40,000 nucleotides of DNA. It comes from Spartinivicinus ruber (lineage in GTDB: Bacteria > Pseudomonadota > Gammaproteobacteria > Pseudomonadales > Zooshikellaceae). Location: NCBI RefSeq assembly GCF_011009015.1, contig NZ_CP048878.1, forward strand, positions 2,656,354 to 2,696,353. The letters run 5' to 3'. Positions 8,639-18,506 of the stretch are shown piece by piece; position 1 is the stretch's first letter, and each line of letters opens with the position of its first letter. Under the pieces are notes generated by a model. That model ran no database searches. It saw nothing but the letters and a program-made list of their open reading frames with translations, and had not been told where the DNA came from. The translations under genes and the position numbers were made by a program.

Positions 8639-9634
8639 ATGCCTGATTTAGCGCTATTAGCTGAACATGAAACCTTTACTGTCGAAGGCCTTACCTTGGC
8701 CATTAACAAAGCCGAATCCGTCCCTGGTCGTATTAGTGAATTGGGTTGGTTCCAAGAAGCCGGAATTGATACCACCACGGTTAAAATTGAATTGAGGGGC
8801 CAAACTTTTGTGCTTGTTCCTGCCAAGCCCCGTGGTGCGCCGGGTACTAACCTGGATAGTGAAAAACGACGGATGTTGACCTTTGAAGTGGTGCATTTAC
8901 CACTGGAGGGTGGGTTAGATGCCGATTCTGCGCAAAATGTCAGGGCCTTTGGTACTGAATCCGAACTACAACAAGTGGAAACCTTAGTCAACCGGGAATT
9001 AACCCGGATGCGTCAATCCTTGGATGCCACTATTGAATATCAGCGGGTGGGTGCTTTAAAAGGGCAGATACTGGATGCCGATGGCGAAACGGTATTAGAA
9101 GATTTATACAAGCGTTTTGAATTAACCCCTAACAATGCAACACTCGACTTTAAAAAAGACCTACGGGTGCAGTGTGTCCAGTTGATTCGCCAAGCTGAAA
9201 AAGAACAAGGCAATATTAAAGCCCGTGGTTATCGCGCCTTAGTCGGTGCGGAATTCATGGATGAACTCATGAAAAATGAAGATTTTAAGCGGGCTTATGA
9301 ACGTTGGCAGGATGGCCAAATGCTGCGCAATGATTTACGTAAAGGGGTGAGCTTTGGCAGTATTTTATGGGAAGAATACGACGGGCGTGTCGGTAATCGC
9401 CAATTCATCGCAGACAATGAAGCCATCTTAGTGCCAGAGCAATTGCCTAGCTTATTTATTACCCGGTTTGCACCAGCCAACTATAACGAAACCGTGAATA
9501 CCCTCGGCTTGCCTTATTACGCGAAAAAAGAATCCCGTAAATACGGCAAGGGCTGGGATTTTGAAGCGCAATCTAACCCCATTAATTTATGTACCAATCC
9601 CCGGGCATTACTGCAACTTAGCCTGAAAAAATAA
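8639..9634 (+). CDS. Major capsid protein (lambda gpE / PF03864-like)
   Basis: 331 aa following the decoration gene, with an AAAGGA Shine-Dalgarno (SD) sequence. Size and position fit. The family call is from memory of E-family N-termini. Confidence 0.8.
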   Translation: MPDLALLAEHETFTVEGLTLAINKAESVPGRISELGWFQEAGIDTTTVKIELRGQTFVLVPAKPRGAPGTNLDSEKRRMLTFEVVHLPLEGGLDADSAQNVRAFGTESELQQVETLVNRELTRMRQSLDATIEYQRVGALKGQILDADGETVLEDLYKRFELTPNNATLDFKKDLRVQCVQLIRQAEKEQGNIKARGYRALVGAEFMDELMKNEDFKRAYERWQDGQMLRNDLRKGVSFGSILWEEYDGRVGNRQFIADNEAILVPEQLPSLFITRFAPANYNETVNTLGLPYYAKKESRKYGKGWDFEAQSNPINLCTNPRALLQLSLKK

Positions 9635-9636
9635 CC

Positions 9637-10002
9637 GTGGATAAGGTGTTTGCTAAAGCCCAGCGTCGGTTATTAAAACGGCTGGGTGAGTCATTAACCT
9701 TGGTATTACCGGACAACCGCACGCAAACCATTCGGGCATTATCCGTCAGTGTCGATCAGTTTGGCATGATCAAACGCAATGGCAATCAGCACCGGGGCGG
9801 GATGAAAGAAGTGGATAATACTCGCTGTTATCAAATAGATAAATCGTTGCTGCCAGTCCCATTAAAAGACATCACCTTGCGTATAGCGGGTCAGGATTAT
9901 GCCATTACCGATCATTACCCGGTGGATGATAACACCCTGGAATGTTTATTAACCCCGACGCTGGAGACAACCCACGATGGCAATGACTGGTCTCGAAATT
10001 GA
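9637..10002 (+). CDS. Putative head-tail connector/head completion protein
   Basis: 121 aa with a GTG start 3 nt after the capsid stop. The assignment rests on position only. Confidence 0.4.
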   Translation: MDKVFAKAQRRLLKRLGESLTLVLPDNRTQTIRALSVSVDQFGMIKRNGNQHRGGMKEVDNTRCYQIDKSLLPVPLKDITLRIAGQDYAITDHYPVDDNTLECLLTPTLETTHDGNDWSRN

Positions 10003-10555
10003 TGTCAGCCAAACAATGGATTTAGCCACGGAATCGTTGCTACTGACACCCAAACAATTAGAAAAAGCCGCTAACCGGGCGGCAGTTAAAGCCTGCCAAT
10101 GGTTAAGAACCCATTCGGCCCGGGAAATTGGCCAAACCCTGAATATTAAGCGTTCCGTACTCAAACAACGCATGAAAATTTATCCCCGCTACCGGGAAGG
10201 CCAAGTGAAGTTCTGGGTCGGGTTAAACCGGATAGGTGCCCATCGGTTGGGTAATCCGACAGTGGCCAAACAAGGGGTGAAAGTAGGGCGGCGATATTAT
10301 GCGGGGGCTTTTATTGAGCCGATGCGCTCTGATCAATTATTGGTGTTTAAACGCAAACCGGAAGCCCGTTATGCCCAAGGCCGTGATAGCCAAGGACGAT
10401 TAAGACGACACCGGTTGCCCATTGAACTGGTCTCAGAAACGATAGAAGCCCCAGCGTTGGATATTATTCAACAGTGGGAACGGCGAGTATTACACCGCTT
10501 TCAGGAACTATTGGATCATGAGGTGGAGGCTTTAATTAATGGACACGTTACATAA
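9977..10555 (+). CDS. Putative tail completion protein (same length and position as lambda gpZ)
   Basis: 192 aa and translationally overlapping its neighbours. Called by position and size only. Confidence 0.4.
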   Translation: MAMTGLEIDVSQTMDLATESLLLTPKQLEKAANRAAVKACQWLRTHSAREIGQTLNIKRSVLKQRMKIYPRYREGQVKFWVGLNRIGAHRLGNPTVAKQGVKVGRRYYAGAFIEPMRSDQLLVFKRKPEARYAQGRDSQGRLRRHRLPIELVSETIEAPALDIIQQWERRVLHRFQELLDHEVEALINGHVT

Positions 10556-11072
10556 CCCAGGTGATTATTATCAGGCGATTAAAAACACCTTAAATCAAAC
10601 ACTGCACACGTCGTGTCATGTGGGTAGCTATGCTGAATATGGGCGACTGGAATTAAAAGACACGGCCTTGGTATTAATTGAGTTTGAGCAATCGACGTTA
10701 TTGTCACCCAATCATGAAGGCCGTTTAGGTCATCAATTTGAGATGGTGTTGCATGCGATTGTGAGTGGCCAATATGACCAACCAGAAATTAAAGCCCTTA
10801 ATTTAGCCGCTTATTTAGAGCGGGTGATTGTGCATCATACTTGGGGATTACCCAGCAATCAGGTGTCTTTACCGGATGAGATTCGCACGGTACCCGGTGG
10901 CTTTGATCGCCAACATGATATTGGCTACGAATCCTGGTGTGTATTGTTCTCGCAAAAGGTGTATATAGGTCCCAGTGAGTTAGAAGACGATCCACCGGTT
11001 AAAGGCATTTGGTGGGCAGATAATCCCATTAATCCAGCCGACGAAAAAGAATATGAACGGTTCCCTAATTGA
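10539..11072 (+). CDS. Hypothetical virion/tail-associated protein
   Basis: 177 aa, overlapping both neighbours within the structural operon. Confidence 0.35.
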   Translation: MDTLHNPGDYYQAIKNTLNQTLHTSCHVGSYAEYGRLELKDTALVLIEFEQSTLLSPNHEGRLGHQFEMVLHAIVSGQYDQPEIKALNLAAYLERVIVHHTWGLPSNQVSLPDEIRTVPGGFDRQHDIGYESWCVLFSQKVYIGPSELEDDPPVKGIWWADNPINPADEKEYERFPN

Positions 11073-11598
11073 GATTATCGAATCGGTGGTGCAACGGTAT
11101 TTACTGGAATACCAGGATAAAATAGCGGAACTGGTGGAAGAAGCCGACGAGATTTACCGGCGATTAGGCAATCAAATTCGGGTGGGTACGGTGGCTGCCG
11201 TTGATCCCCCAAATGCCTTAGTCAAAATAAAACATGGTGATAATTTATCACCGTTTATTCGTTTTTTTGTGCCCGCTGCAGGCCAAGTGAAAGAGTACCG
11301 TTGTCCGTCTGTGGGTGAACAAAGTTTATTAATTAACTATGCCGCCGGGGATAACTCCAGTCAGGCCTTTGCACTCTGTGGTTTTTATTGTGATCAATTC
11401 CCACCACCCTCAACCAACTTACACGAACATTGTCGGGTGTATCCTAATGGCACTCAAGTAACGATGAATCATCAAAATAACCAAGCGGTGATTAATCATG
11501 TGGGCGATTTAACCATTAAAACCACTGGTAATTTAATCTTGGATATTGGTGGCATCATTACCGAAAAAGCCCAGCAGCATATTGCTAATAAACGTTAA
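11053..11598 (+). CDS. Baseplate spike/assembly protein, P2 gpV-like
   Basis: IRVGTVAAVDPPNALVKIKHGDNLSPFIRFFVPAAGQVKEYRCPSVGEQSLLIN is the typical gpV OB-fold region. Confidence 0.8.
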   Translation: MNGSLIEIIESVVQRYLLEYQDKIAELVEEADEIYRRLGNQIRVGTVAAVDPPNALVKIKHGDNLSPFIRFFVPAAGQVKEYRCPSVGEQSLLINYAAGDNSSQAFALCGFYCDQFPPPSTNLHEHCRVYPNGTQVTMNHQNNQAVINHVGDLTIKTTGNLILDIGGIITEKAQQHIANKR

Positions 11599-11630
11599 TT
11601 ATTTTCTTCCTTTTTAATTCTTATTTTCCT

Positions 11631-11918
11631 ATGCAACCTATTTGCTTATTAGGCGACTCTTGTACCGGTCATGCCGATTTTCCGCCGCGTAATAATACCG
11701 GCTCGGATCATTATTTAGTGATCAATGGCCGTCCGGTGCATTGTGTCGGTCATGGTTGGGCGGATCACTGTAACCCGGTGCCCGTTTGTCATGCTGGGGT
11801 TTTAGCCGCTGGCTCGGCTTATATGACGGTTAATGGTAACGCTGTGGCCCGCATTGGTGATCCGATCAGTTGTGGTAGTCAAGTCGCCACGGGCGACAGT
11901 TATTGGGTATTAGACTGA
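11631..11918 (+). CDS. PAAR-like spike-tip protein
   Basis: 95 aa directly after gpV. It is Cys/His-rich with GD.C.GH ... ING.PV..VGH ... VNGN.VARIGD..SCG repeats typical of PAAR. Confidence 0.7.
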   Translation: MQPICLLGDSCTGHADFPPRNNTGSDHYLVINGRPVHCVGHGWADHCNPVPVCHAGVLAAGSAYMTVNGNAVARIGDPISCGSQVATGDSYWVLD

Positions 11919-11922
11919 CTGA

Positions 11923-12255
11923 TTAAATCACTAAGTCGCAACTCATGTTAGTGGCTAATTTTTCAAATGTGATCATTGATTTTTTTACAGAATTAACCAG
12001 TTTCTTTTTTTCTTTTTCGCTGCATACATTGCTGGTTAACATCGTTTTTAAATGGTCCTGCAACGAAACAATGTTTTTATTAAAAGCACCGCAATCTTTG
12101 TCGGCTGCACTTCTGGCTATGTCTGCTCTTAGTTGATACGACTGATGCATTTGAATAGGGCAAGCTAAGTCCTCCAGTGAGTAACTTGGTTGAGTAATAG
12201 ACAAGCCGAGTGTGCAGGAAACGATCAGTAAAGACTTCTTCATAACGCGATCCAA
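11923..12255 (-). CDS. Secreted small protein (antisense moron)
   Basis: The signal peptide MKKSLLIVSCTLGLSITQPSYS suggests the start is more likely at 12243. The mature part has 4 Cys. AT-rich and opposite in strand to the operon. Confidence 0.55.
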   Translation of the reverse strand: MDRVMKKSLLIVSCTLGLSITQPSYSLEDLACPIQMHQSYQLRADIARSAADKDCGAFNKNIVSLQDHLKTMLTSNVCSEKEKKKLVNSVKKSMITFEKLATNMSCDLVI

Positions 12256-12288
12256 TAAAAAGTTGGGCGAATCTTAACGAGATTATCC

Positions 12289-12633
12289 ATGACAATGCAA
12301 GGTGTTGATCGTACGACAGGTAAAACCTTATCCGGTCTTACCCAATTAAAAAGCCGCCTACAACAGGTGTTAAGTACCCCAATAGGAGCACGGATTAAAC
12401 GCCGGGCGTTTGGTTCCCGGGTACCGGATTTATTAGGCCGTAATGTCAGCCCCGAAGCTGCATTGAAAGCCCAGGTGTATACCTTGGAAGCGTTAATTAA
12501 TCCGGCGAATGGGGTATTGGATTTTCAGTGTCAGGTATGTCGCGTCACCGTTAATAGCGATCACACTGGCTTTGCCATTTATTTACAAGGGTTATGGCAA
12601 GACCAATTAATTACTTTGGAGTTTGCCTTATGA
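12289..12633 (+). CDS. Baseplate wedge protein, P2 gpW / T4 gp25-like
   Basis: 114 aa. LKSRLQQVLSTPIGARIKRRAFGSRVPDLL fits the GPW_gp25 motif. Confidence 0.75.
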   Translation: MTMQGVDRTTGKTLSGLTQLKSRLQQVLSTPIGARIKRRAFGSRVPDLLGRNVSPEAALKAQVYTLEALINPANGVLDFQCQVCRVTVNSDHTGFAIYLQGLWQDQLITLEFAL

Positions 12634-13622
12634 TGATTCCCGGCCATAACCAGCTGGCCATGCCTGAAGCCTTGGAAGTGCCCGATTATGAAAACCTATT
12701 CACCGAATATAAACAACGGGTCGTCGAGTTTATTGCTAAACAGGATCAAACCCAGGCTAAGGAGGTAGCCACCACCCTGGAAAACGATGCGGAAATAATC
12801 ACTAAGCTATTACAAGCTTTGGTATATATCCGCCAGCATGATATTCGACAACTGAATTATCAAGCCCAGCAGATGTTTGCCTGGTGGGCTAAAGGCTCCA
12901 ATTTAGATGCGGTGGTGAGTAATTTAGGCTTAGAACGCCACCCCAATGAGAGTGATGATGATTTACGGCTGCGGTATTTTTTAGCGCCTTATGCGTTTTC
13001 GGTGGCTGGACCCCATAAGGCGTATGTTTATCATGCCTTAATGTTGGGAGAAAAGCCCGATATTACCCTGGAAAAAACCTCACCCACGGAATTTAATTTA
13101 CGCTATCAGTTTCGTGACAATGGCTTAGCCAGCCAGATTAAATCCGCCACGGCGATTCGACCAGAGCCGGGGAAGGTGATTATTACCTTATTGGCCTACG
13201 ATCAATTACAACTAGCCTTTGCGGAAACCGAAGCAGCCAAAAAAACACTTAAACAAAAGCTTGATACGTTATTAGAAAACGCTAACGCCTATTTTGCTCG
13301 GGATGATGTAGCCCCCGCCACCGATCAGATTACCGTGCAGTTAGCCGAATTAATTCCCTATACGGTGGATGTAGAGTGTTATGTCTATTCAGGACCGGAT
13401 GCTGGACTGACGCAACAGAGTGCTAAACAGGCGCTAGAAAATTACACCGACCAACAATTTACCTTACACGCCGCCATTGATGCCGGGCAAATTTACCATG
13501 TGCTTCACCAATCGGGTGCAGTGCAAGTCGATTTAATGCAACCAGAAAAACGCTTAATCACTACCCAACAGCAAGCGCCGTATTGCACGGGTATTAACAT
13601 CACCATGAAAACCCTATCATGA
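12630..13622 (+). CDS. Baseplate protein, P2 gpJ-like
   Basis: I prefer the ATG at 12630 (ATGA overlap with the gpW stop). Size and position fit gpJ. Confidence 0.8.
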   Translation: MMIPGHNQLAMPEALEVPDYENLFTEYKQRVVEFIAKQDQTQAKEVATTLENDAEIITKLLQALVYIRQHDIRQLNYQAQQMFAWWAKGSNLDAVVSNLGLERHPNESDDDLRLRYFLAPYAFSVAGPHKAYVYHALMLGEKPDITLEKTSPTEFNLRYQFRDNGLASQIKSATAIRPEPGKVIITLLAYDQLQLAFAETEAAKKTLKQKLDTLLENANAYFARDDVAPATDQITVQLAELIPYTVDVECYVYSGPDAGLTQQSAKQALENYTDQQFTLHAAIDAGQIYHVLHQSGAVQVDLMQPEKRLITTQQQAPYCTGINITMKTLS

Positions 13623-14248
13623 ATACCGACCATTACAGTATTTTACCCGACAATAAATCCTTATTAGAACGAGGCTTAGAGGTAGGGTTTTATGAGTTAC
13701 TACAAAATATTAGCAGTCCTTATCCCACGTTATTAAACCCCAAGGAGACACCAGAGAAATTATTGCCCCATTTAGCCCAAGATCGGGGCGTCACCGATTG
13801 GCCCATGGAAGCCAGCGAAGCCGAAAAACGCCATACCATTGAAGCGATCTGGCCCATACGCCGCAAGGCGGGTACCGCTTGTGCAATTAAAATGGCGGTG
13901 GAAACCCTGGGTTATGAAGCGACGATATTACCCTGGTATGAAACCAATCAAACGCCGTATACCTTCGAATTACTGGTGTTTTTAGACGGTAAAAACCTCC
14001 CTGAAAATATCGAGCAACGGATCAGTGCCCGGTTGGAAGAAGCAGTCAGTCTTCGTGATCAATACACGATTAATTATTCCCGCTCTGAAACCAGTGAATT
14101 AACAACCGGCGTCGCGACGGAGTGCTGGGAAGTCATCGATGTGGCTCCCTACCAACCGGAGCAACTCGACTCATCCAGTCAGTTTTATAGTGGCAGTCAC
14201 TTTGCCCAACTTGAAATCATTACACTCCAGGTAACCCCGAATGAATGA
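13619..14248 (+). CDS. Tail protein, P2 gpI-like
   Basis: 209 aa. LLPHLAQDRGVTDWP...EAEKR..IE is gpI-like. It overlaps the gpJ stop. Confidence 0.7.
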   Translation: MNTDHYSILPDNKSLLERGLEVGFYELLQNISSPYPTLLNPKETPEKLLPHLAQDRGVTDWPMEASEAEKRHTIEAIWPIRRKAGTACAIKMAVETLGYEATILPWYETNQTPYTFELLVFLDGKNLPENIEQRISARLEEAVSLRDQYTINYSRSETSELTTGVATECWEVIDVAPYQPEQLDSSSQFYSGSHFAQLEIITLQVTPNE

Positions 14249-15650
14249 TAATTATTGTTTAATTACCAACAAAGGCTTAGAAAAAGAAGCCCGTGCCCGG
14301 GTCGATAATACCAAAATTAAATTAGTGGAATTTGCTGTCGGCGATGGGGAATTACCCGATAATAAAGCTGAAGTCTCTGCCCGTACTGCACTTATGAATC
14401 AGCAATTTCGCGCCGCCGTTAATGGCGTATTTATCGACAGTAAACACCCCAAGCAAATTAAAATCAATGCAGTGGTTCCTCATGATGTGGGCGGTTGGTT
14501 TATTCGCGAAGTGGGGATTTATGATGCCGATGGGGATTTATACGCCATTGGTCGAGTAGACCCGACCTTTAAAAATGAGCCGGATTCAGGCGCTAAAAAA
14601 CAAGTGGGTTTTAATTTTTATATTGCTTCGGCTAATGCGGCGCAGATCACCTTAACCATTGATCCTGATACCGTCTATGCCACCCGGGATATGCTGACCG
14701 CCACAATTGAAATGCATGTCAGTCAGGTGGACCCTCATCCACAATATATTCCAAAAAGCCAGCTGGGAAAAAATAAAGGACAAATCCCGGTGGTGGGTGA
14801 TTTTGGGTTAGGGGAATTAATTCAGGAAAATAAACCTGATATCGATACCCTAAAAAGCTTTGGTTTTTACCATATCACTGAAGCGGCGGGTACCTTGCCA
14901 TTAGGCTATGGGGTGAATGATCTAGAATCCGAGTTTTATTTAGAAGTGTTAGCGGGCGGAGACAAATTAATTTACCAACGCTTACAACCCGTGAATGAAA
15001 ATAGAAAATTCGAACGACGTTTTGTTGAGGACAGTTGGCAACCCTGGCGAGAAATCGCTTTTTTAGACGATTTAAAAAGCCATCTGTCCGCCCATGAAGC
15101 TTTGCCTGATCCTCATCCGCAGTATGTTAAAAAAGCCACCTATGACTATGAAAAGCATTTTACCGGGGAGCCATTAGAAGCCGGATCAATTGCCCATAAT
15201 GTATTTCAAGGTTATGTGGTGCGATGTAGTTTATATGGGGACGATGATAGTGGTCATGCCGGTGGAGATTTTGAACCAACATTTTTAAATACGGATAAAG
15301 ATGTCTATTGCCATTTTATTTTGCCATTAAATACCCGGCGTGACTCCCGTATGTTTTGGTTTAAAGTGCGCGGTTATAGTAATGGCTCGGCTAAAGCCAT
15401 TGATGCCACGGTGTTTGGTTATTGCATTGCAGAGGAACGGCGTTTAAAAAAACACGGTGCTACTGGTAACTGTGATCCGCTGGTCTATGAAGATCGACAC
15501 GGGAATGTGATTTTTAGGCTACATTTTCCTGATATTTATTACACCACACTCGCCATTGATTATATGAAAGTCGGCAATGGTCGTGACTTTACACGTGGTG
15601 AAATCAAAAGCGAAATTTCCAAAGAAAAAACCATCACTTACAACGGTTAA
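14241..15650 (+). CDS. Tail fibre protein (P2 gpH-like N-terminus, divergent C-terminus)
   Basis: The N-terminus ITNKGLEKEARARVDNTKIKLVEFAVGDGELPDN is gpH/tail-collar-like. Two DPHPQY fibre repeats sit near 14730 and 15115. Confidence 0.8.
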   Translation: MNDNYCLITNKGLEKEARARVDNTKIKLVEFAVGDGELPDNKAEVSARTALMNQQFRAAVNGVFIDSKHPKQIKINAVVPHDVGGWFIREVGIYDADGDLYAIGRVDPTFKNEPDSGAKKQVGFNFYIASANAAQITLTIDPDTVYATRDMLTATIEMHVSQVDPHPQYIPKSQLGKNKGQIPVVGDFGLGELIQENKPDIDTLKSFGFYHITEAAGTLPLGYGVNDLESEFYLEVLAGGDKLIYQRLQPVNENRKFERRFVEDSWQPWREIAFLDDLKSHLSAHEALPDPHPQYVKKATYDYEKHFTGEPLEAGSIAHNVFQGYVVRCSLYGDDDSGHAGGDFEPTFLNTDKDVYCHFILPLNTRRDSRMFWFKVRGYSNGSAKAIDATVFGYCIAEERRLKKHGATGNCDPLVYEDRHGNVIFRLHFPDIYYTTLAIDYMKVGNGRDFTRGEIKSEISKEKTITYNG

Positions 15651-15661
15651 TACTATTCACC

Positions 15662-15859
15662 ATGAATAAAAAACAATACCACATTGCCCGGGGATTCCCG
15701 TGGCGAGGGAGTTGGGTTGATCCAGGTGAAGTCATTCAATTAATACCCTGTGAAGCGGCCCAATTACTCCGCACCCAATTTATTCAGCCGGTAACGGTTG
15801 AGGTACCTGAAAGACGCACTCGACGCAAAAGGAACAATAGCGATGCCCCAGATAACTAA
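15662..15859 (+). CDS. Hypothetical 65-aa protein in the fibre-assembly position
   Basis: ORF only. It has a basic C-terminus and overlaps the sheath start by 17 nt. Confidence 0.3.
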   Translation: MNKKQYHIARGFPWRGSWVDPGEVIQLIPCEAAQLLRTQFIQPVTVEVPERRTRRKRNNSDAPDN

Positions 15860-17009
15860 TTTTGAACATAACGGGATTACCGTTATTACTAATGAGCCGC
15901 CCCCGCCATTGGGTCCGCCGGGTGAAAACGTGGTGGCTTGGGTCGTCACCGCCCCTGATAAACATGAATCGGTGCCATTAAACTGCCCGTATCGCGTCTC
16001 TAATTCCACGACAGCCGCTTTATTGGATAGTAAAGGTGATGAGCGTGGCACTGGTTGGCATGCGGCGATTCAAACACTGCAACGCACCCGGGTGCCCCAG
16101 TATTTTATTGTGGTGGAAGAAGGGGCCGACGAAGCGGAAACCACCAAAAACATTATCGGTGGGGTTGATACGGATACCCGACAGTTAACGGGCATTTCGG
16201 CGTTGGCGTTATGCTCCGAACGTCCAACCCTAATTGCCGCCCCTGGGTTTAGTCATCAAAAGTCGGTGGTGGATGCTTTAGCCTCCATGGCGAATAAATT
16301 ACGTTGTCGGGTCATTGCTGATGGCCCTGCACAGAATATTAAGCAAGCCACGAAATATTCCGAGCAGTTTGGCGGTGACGGTACGGGGCATGATCGGGTG
16401 TATCTTGTGGAACCGATGCCCGCCATTTACAGTAAAAAAGCCCAGGGTAATATTTATGTTCCCGCTAGCACTTTAGCGATGGGCGCGGTAGCGGCGGTAA
16501 AACCCTGGGAAAGCCCGGGTAACCAAGGGATTTATATTCAGGATGTGTCGTATCACATTGACTACAACATTATTGATAAATCCACTGATGGTAACTTGCT
16601 CAATAAACATGGTATTTCCTATTTTGCCCGCACCAGTGACGGTTGGCGTTTAATCGGTAACCGGACAGTGACTGGCGATTTTATTTCCCATATCGGATTA
16701 AAAGACGCCATTGCCAGAAAGTTAGAGGCAGCCAGCCAGCGGGCGATGAGTAAAAACCTGACCATGTCTTTTATGGAACAGGAAATTACCAAAGTCGATT
16801 TATTTATGCAGGATTTAGTCGCCTCTGAAATTATCCCCGGTGGGAAGGTGTATCTTCATCCTGAGTTAAATACGGTGAGCCGCTATAAAAACGGCAGTTG
16901 GTATATTGTGGTTGAGTATGGTCGTTATAGTCCGAACGAGCACATGATTTACCATGTGAATGCCAGTGACAATATTATTGAAGAATTCTTAGAGGAGGTC
17001 TTAAGCTAA
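15843..17009 (+). CDS. Contractile tail sheath protein, P2 FI-like
   Basis: I prefer the ATG at 15843 (MPQITNFEHNGITVITNE). About 388 aa, followed directly by the tube gene. Confidence 0.85.
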   Translation: MPQITNFEHNGITVITNEPPPPLGPPGENVVAWVVTAPDKHESVPLNCPYRVSNSTTAALLDSKGDERGTGWHAAIQTLQRTRVPQYFIVVEEGADEAETTKNIIGGVDTDTRQLTGISALALCSERPTLIAAPGFSHQKSVVDALASMANKLRCRVIADGPAQNIKQATKYSEQFGGDGTGHDRVYLVEPMPAIYSKKAQGNIYVPASTLAMGAVAAVKPWESPGNQGIYIQDVSYHIDYNIIDKSTDGNLLNKHGISYFARTSDGWRLIGNRTVTGDFISHIGLKDAIARKLEAASQRAMSKNLTMSFMEQEITKVDLFMQDLVASEIIPGGKVYLHPELNTVSRYKNGSWYIVVEYGRYSPNEHMIYHVNASDNIIEEFLEEVLS

Positions 17010-17515
17010 TGGCTGAACAACGTTATCGCACGATGTTAAGTGCCAATGTTAACGGGCATCCGTTAATGGCCGAGGTAGAAGAATTTACCCCACCTGAATT
17101 AAAACACAAAATGGAAGACAGCCAGGGCGGTAAATTTATTCCTGATGAAGTCTGGGTGGGCTTAGAAAAGCTCACCTTTGAATTAAAAATTGCCGGGGCG
17201 GGTGTAGAACTATTACAGCAATACGGCTTAAAACACGGGGAAATCTGCCAGGTGGATATTAAAGCCGCCGAGCGGGATAAAGACGGCGGTAAGTTTATTA
17301 TTCACTACAGTTTATCCGGCCAACTCACCGGCATTAAAGAAGAAGCCATTAAGATGGGCAGTAAACCCGAAGTGACCATCAGTGGCAGCTGTATCGCCTT
17401 TAAGAAAACCGAAAATGGCAAAACCCTCTGTGATATTAATACCCGTACCCAGAAAATCGATTTAGGTCAGGGGGATATTTTTGCGGAGGATCGGCGGGGA
17501 TTAGGTTTACCTTGA
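17009..17515 (+). CDS. Tail tube protein, P2 FII-like
   Basis: 168 aa with a TAATG overlap onto the sheath stop. Position and size fit. Confidence 0.8.
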   Translation: MAEQRYRTMLSANVNGHPLMAEVEEFTPPELKHKMEDSQGGKFIPDEVWVGLEKLTFELKIAGAGVELLQQYGLKHGEICQVDIKAAERDKDGGKFIIHYSLSGQLTGIKEEAIKMGSKPEVTISGSCIAFKKTENGKTLCDINTRTQKIDLGQGDIFAEDRRGLGLP

Positions 17516-17517
17516 AT

Positions 17518-17853
17518 TTAAAGATAATTTTTGGTATTCAATAATTTAATATCCATAAATTCTTTTGTCATTAGATCATTTAAACTAATCACTTTGTTTT
17601 TATAAGTACCGTTAATGAGCTGTTTAAATTCATTCTGAAAGTAATGCACAGGCGACATACACTGTTCTGCCCATAAAGACTCTGAAACAGCATATTTTCC
17701 ACACACAGAGCAATTAATAAGATAGGAATTATGGGTTTTAGAATGAATCAAGGTGGGAAGCTTTCCACAATCACCTAAACAAGACATACTCATAAATCTC
17801 TCACTGAGAAGTTGGTATAAATTTAGTTTAGTAATGATATGCTTTTTGATCAA
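17518..17853 (-). CDS. Cys4 zinc-ribbon protein (antisense moron)
   Basis: CLGDCG ... CSVCG motif. Very AT-rich. The start is ambiguous: TTG at 17853 or ATG at 17793. Confidence 0.5.
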   Translation of the reverse strand: MIKKHIITKLNLYQLLSERFMSMSCLGDCGKLPTLIHSKTHNSYLINCSVCGKYAVSESLWAEQCMSPVHYFQNEFKQLINGTYKNKVISLNDLMTKEFMDIKLLNTKNYL

Positions 17854-17927
17854 TATTTAGCTATTTAACTTCATTGTAATTTAAGTGAAATCCATAATTT
17901 AATTATTTATTTAAAAGGTAAATTATT

Positions 17928-18506
17928 ATGACCCAATGGACACCCGAAGTCTATCAATTACGCTGGGCGATTACGGATGATAAAGACCAGCCTTTAACCC
18001 AAGTCACCCTAAAACCGGTTAACCGAAAGGATCACGTTAACGCTTTAAAAGACAAGCCAGAAGACAATGAAGCTTTATATCGGTTAGCCCAATTATCCTG
18101 TGGATTATCGATCAGTGAAATTAAACGGTTAAATACACCTGACTGGAACAGTATTAAAGACAAGCTGATTGATTTAGTCAGTAAAGGCGCAGATTATTTC
18201 TTTGAAAAGTTGGGCGAGGATTTTGATAAAGACCACCCGCAATTATTAGTACCGATTAAAGGCGATGATGATCAGCTGATTAATAACATTGATTTAAAAA
18301 TCCCCACTGTTGAAACCAGCGAATTAATGCAAGCACAAAAAACCACGGAATTAAAAGGCTTATTTATTACCCGTGCCTGTACCGGGTTAAGTGAGGCTGA
18401 AATTAATCGGTTAGCCATGCCTGACTGGTTGCATATCCAAACGAGGATTACGGATTTTTTGACCGAAACGGCGGACTCCTTTCCCGTCGAGACATTAACA
18501 CCCTAA
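17928..18506 (+). CDS. Tail assembly chaperone, P2 gpE-like
   Basis: 192 aa between tube and tape measure. It contains the slippery T_TTT_TTG near its 3' end. Confidence 0.7.
   Translation: MTQWTPEVYQLRWAITDDKDQPLTQVTLKPVNRKDHVNALKDKPEDNEALYRLAQLSCGLSISEIKRLNTPDWNSIKDKLIDLVSKGADYFFEKLGEDFDKDHPQLLVPIKGDDDQLINNIDLKIPTVETSELMQAQKTTELKGLFITRACTGLSEAEINRLAMPDWLHIQTRITDFLTETADSFPVETLTP

Noticed and set aside
8632-8991. Minus-strand ORFs 8632-8991 and 8657-8896
   Set aside because: They are shadow ORFs opposite the major capsid gene.
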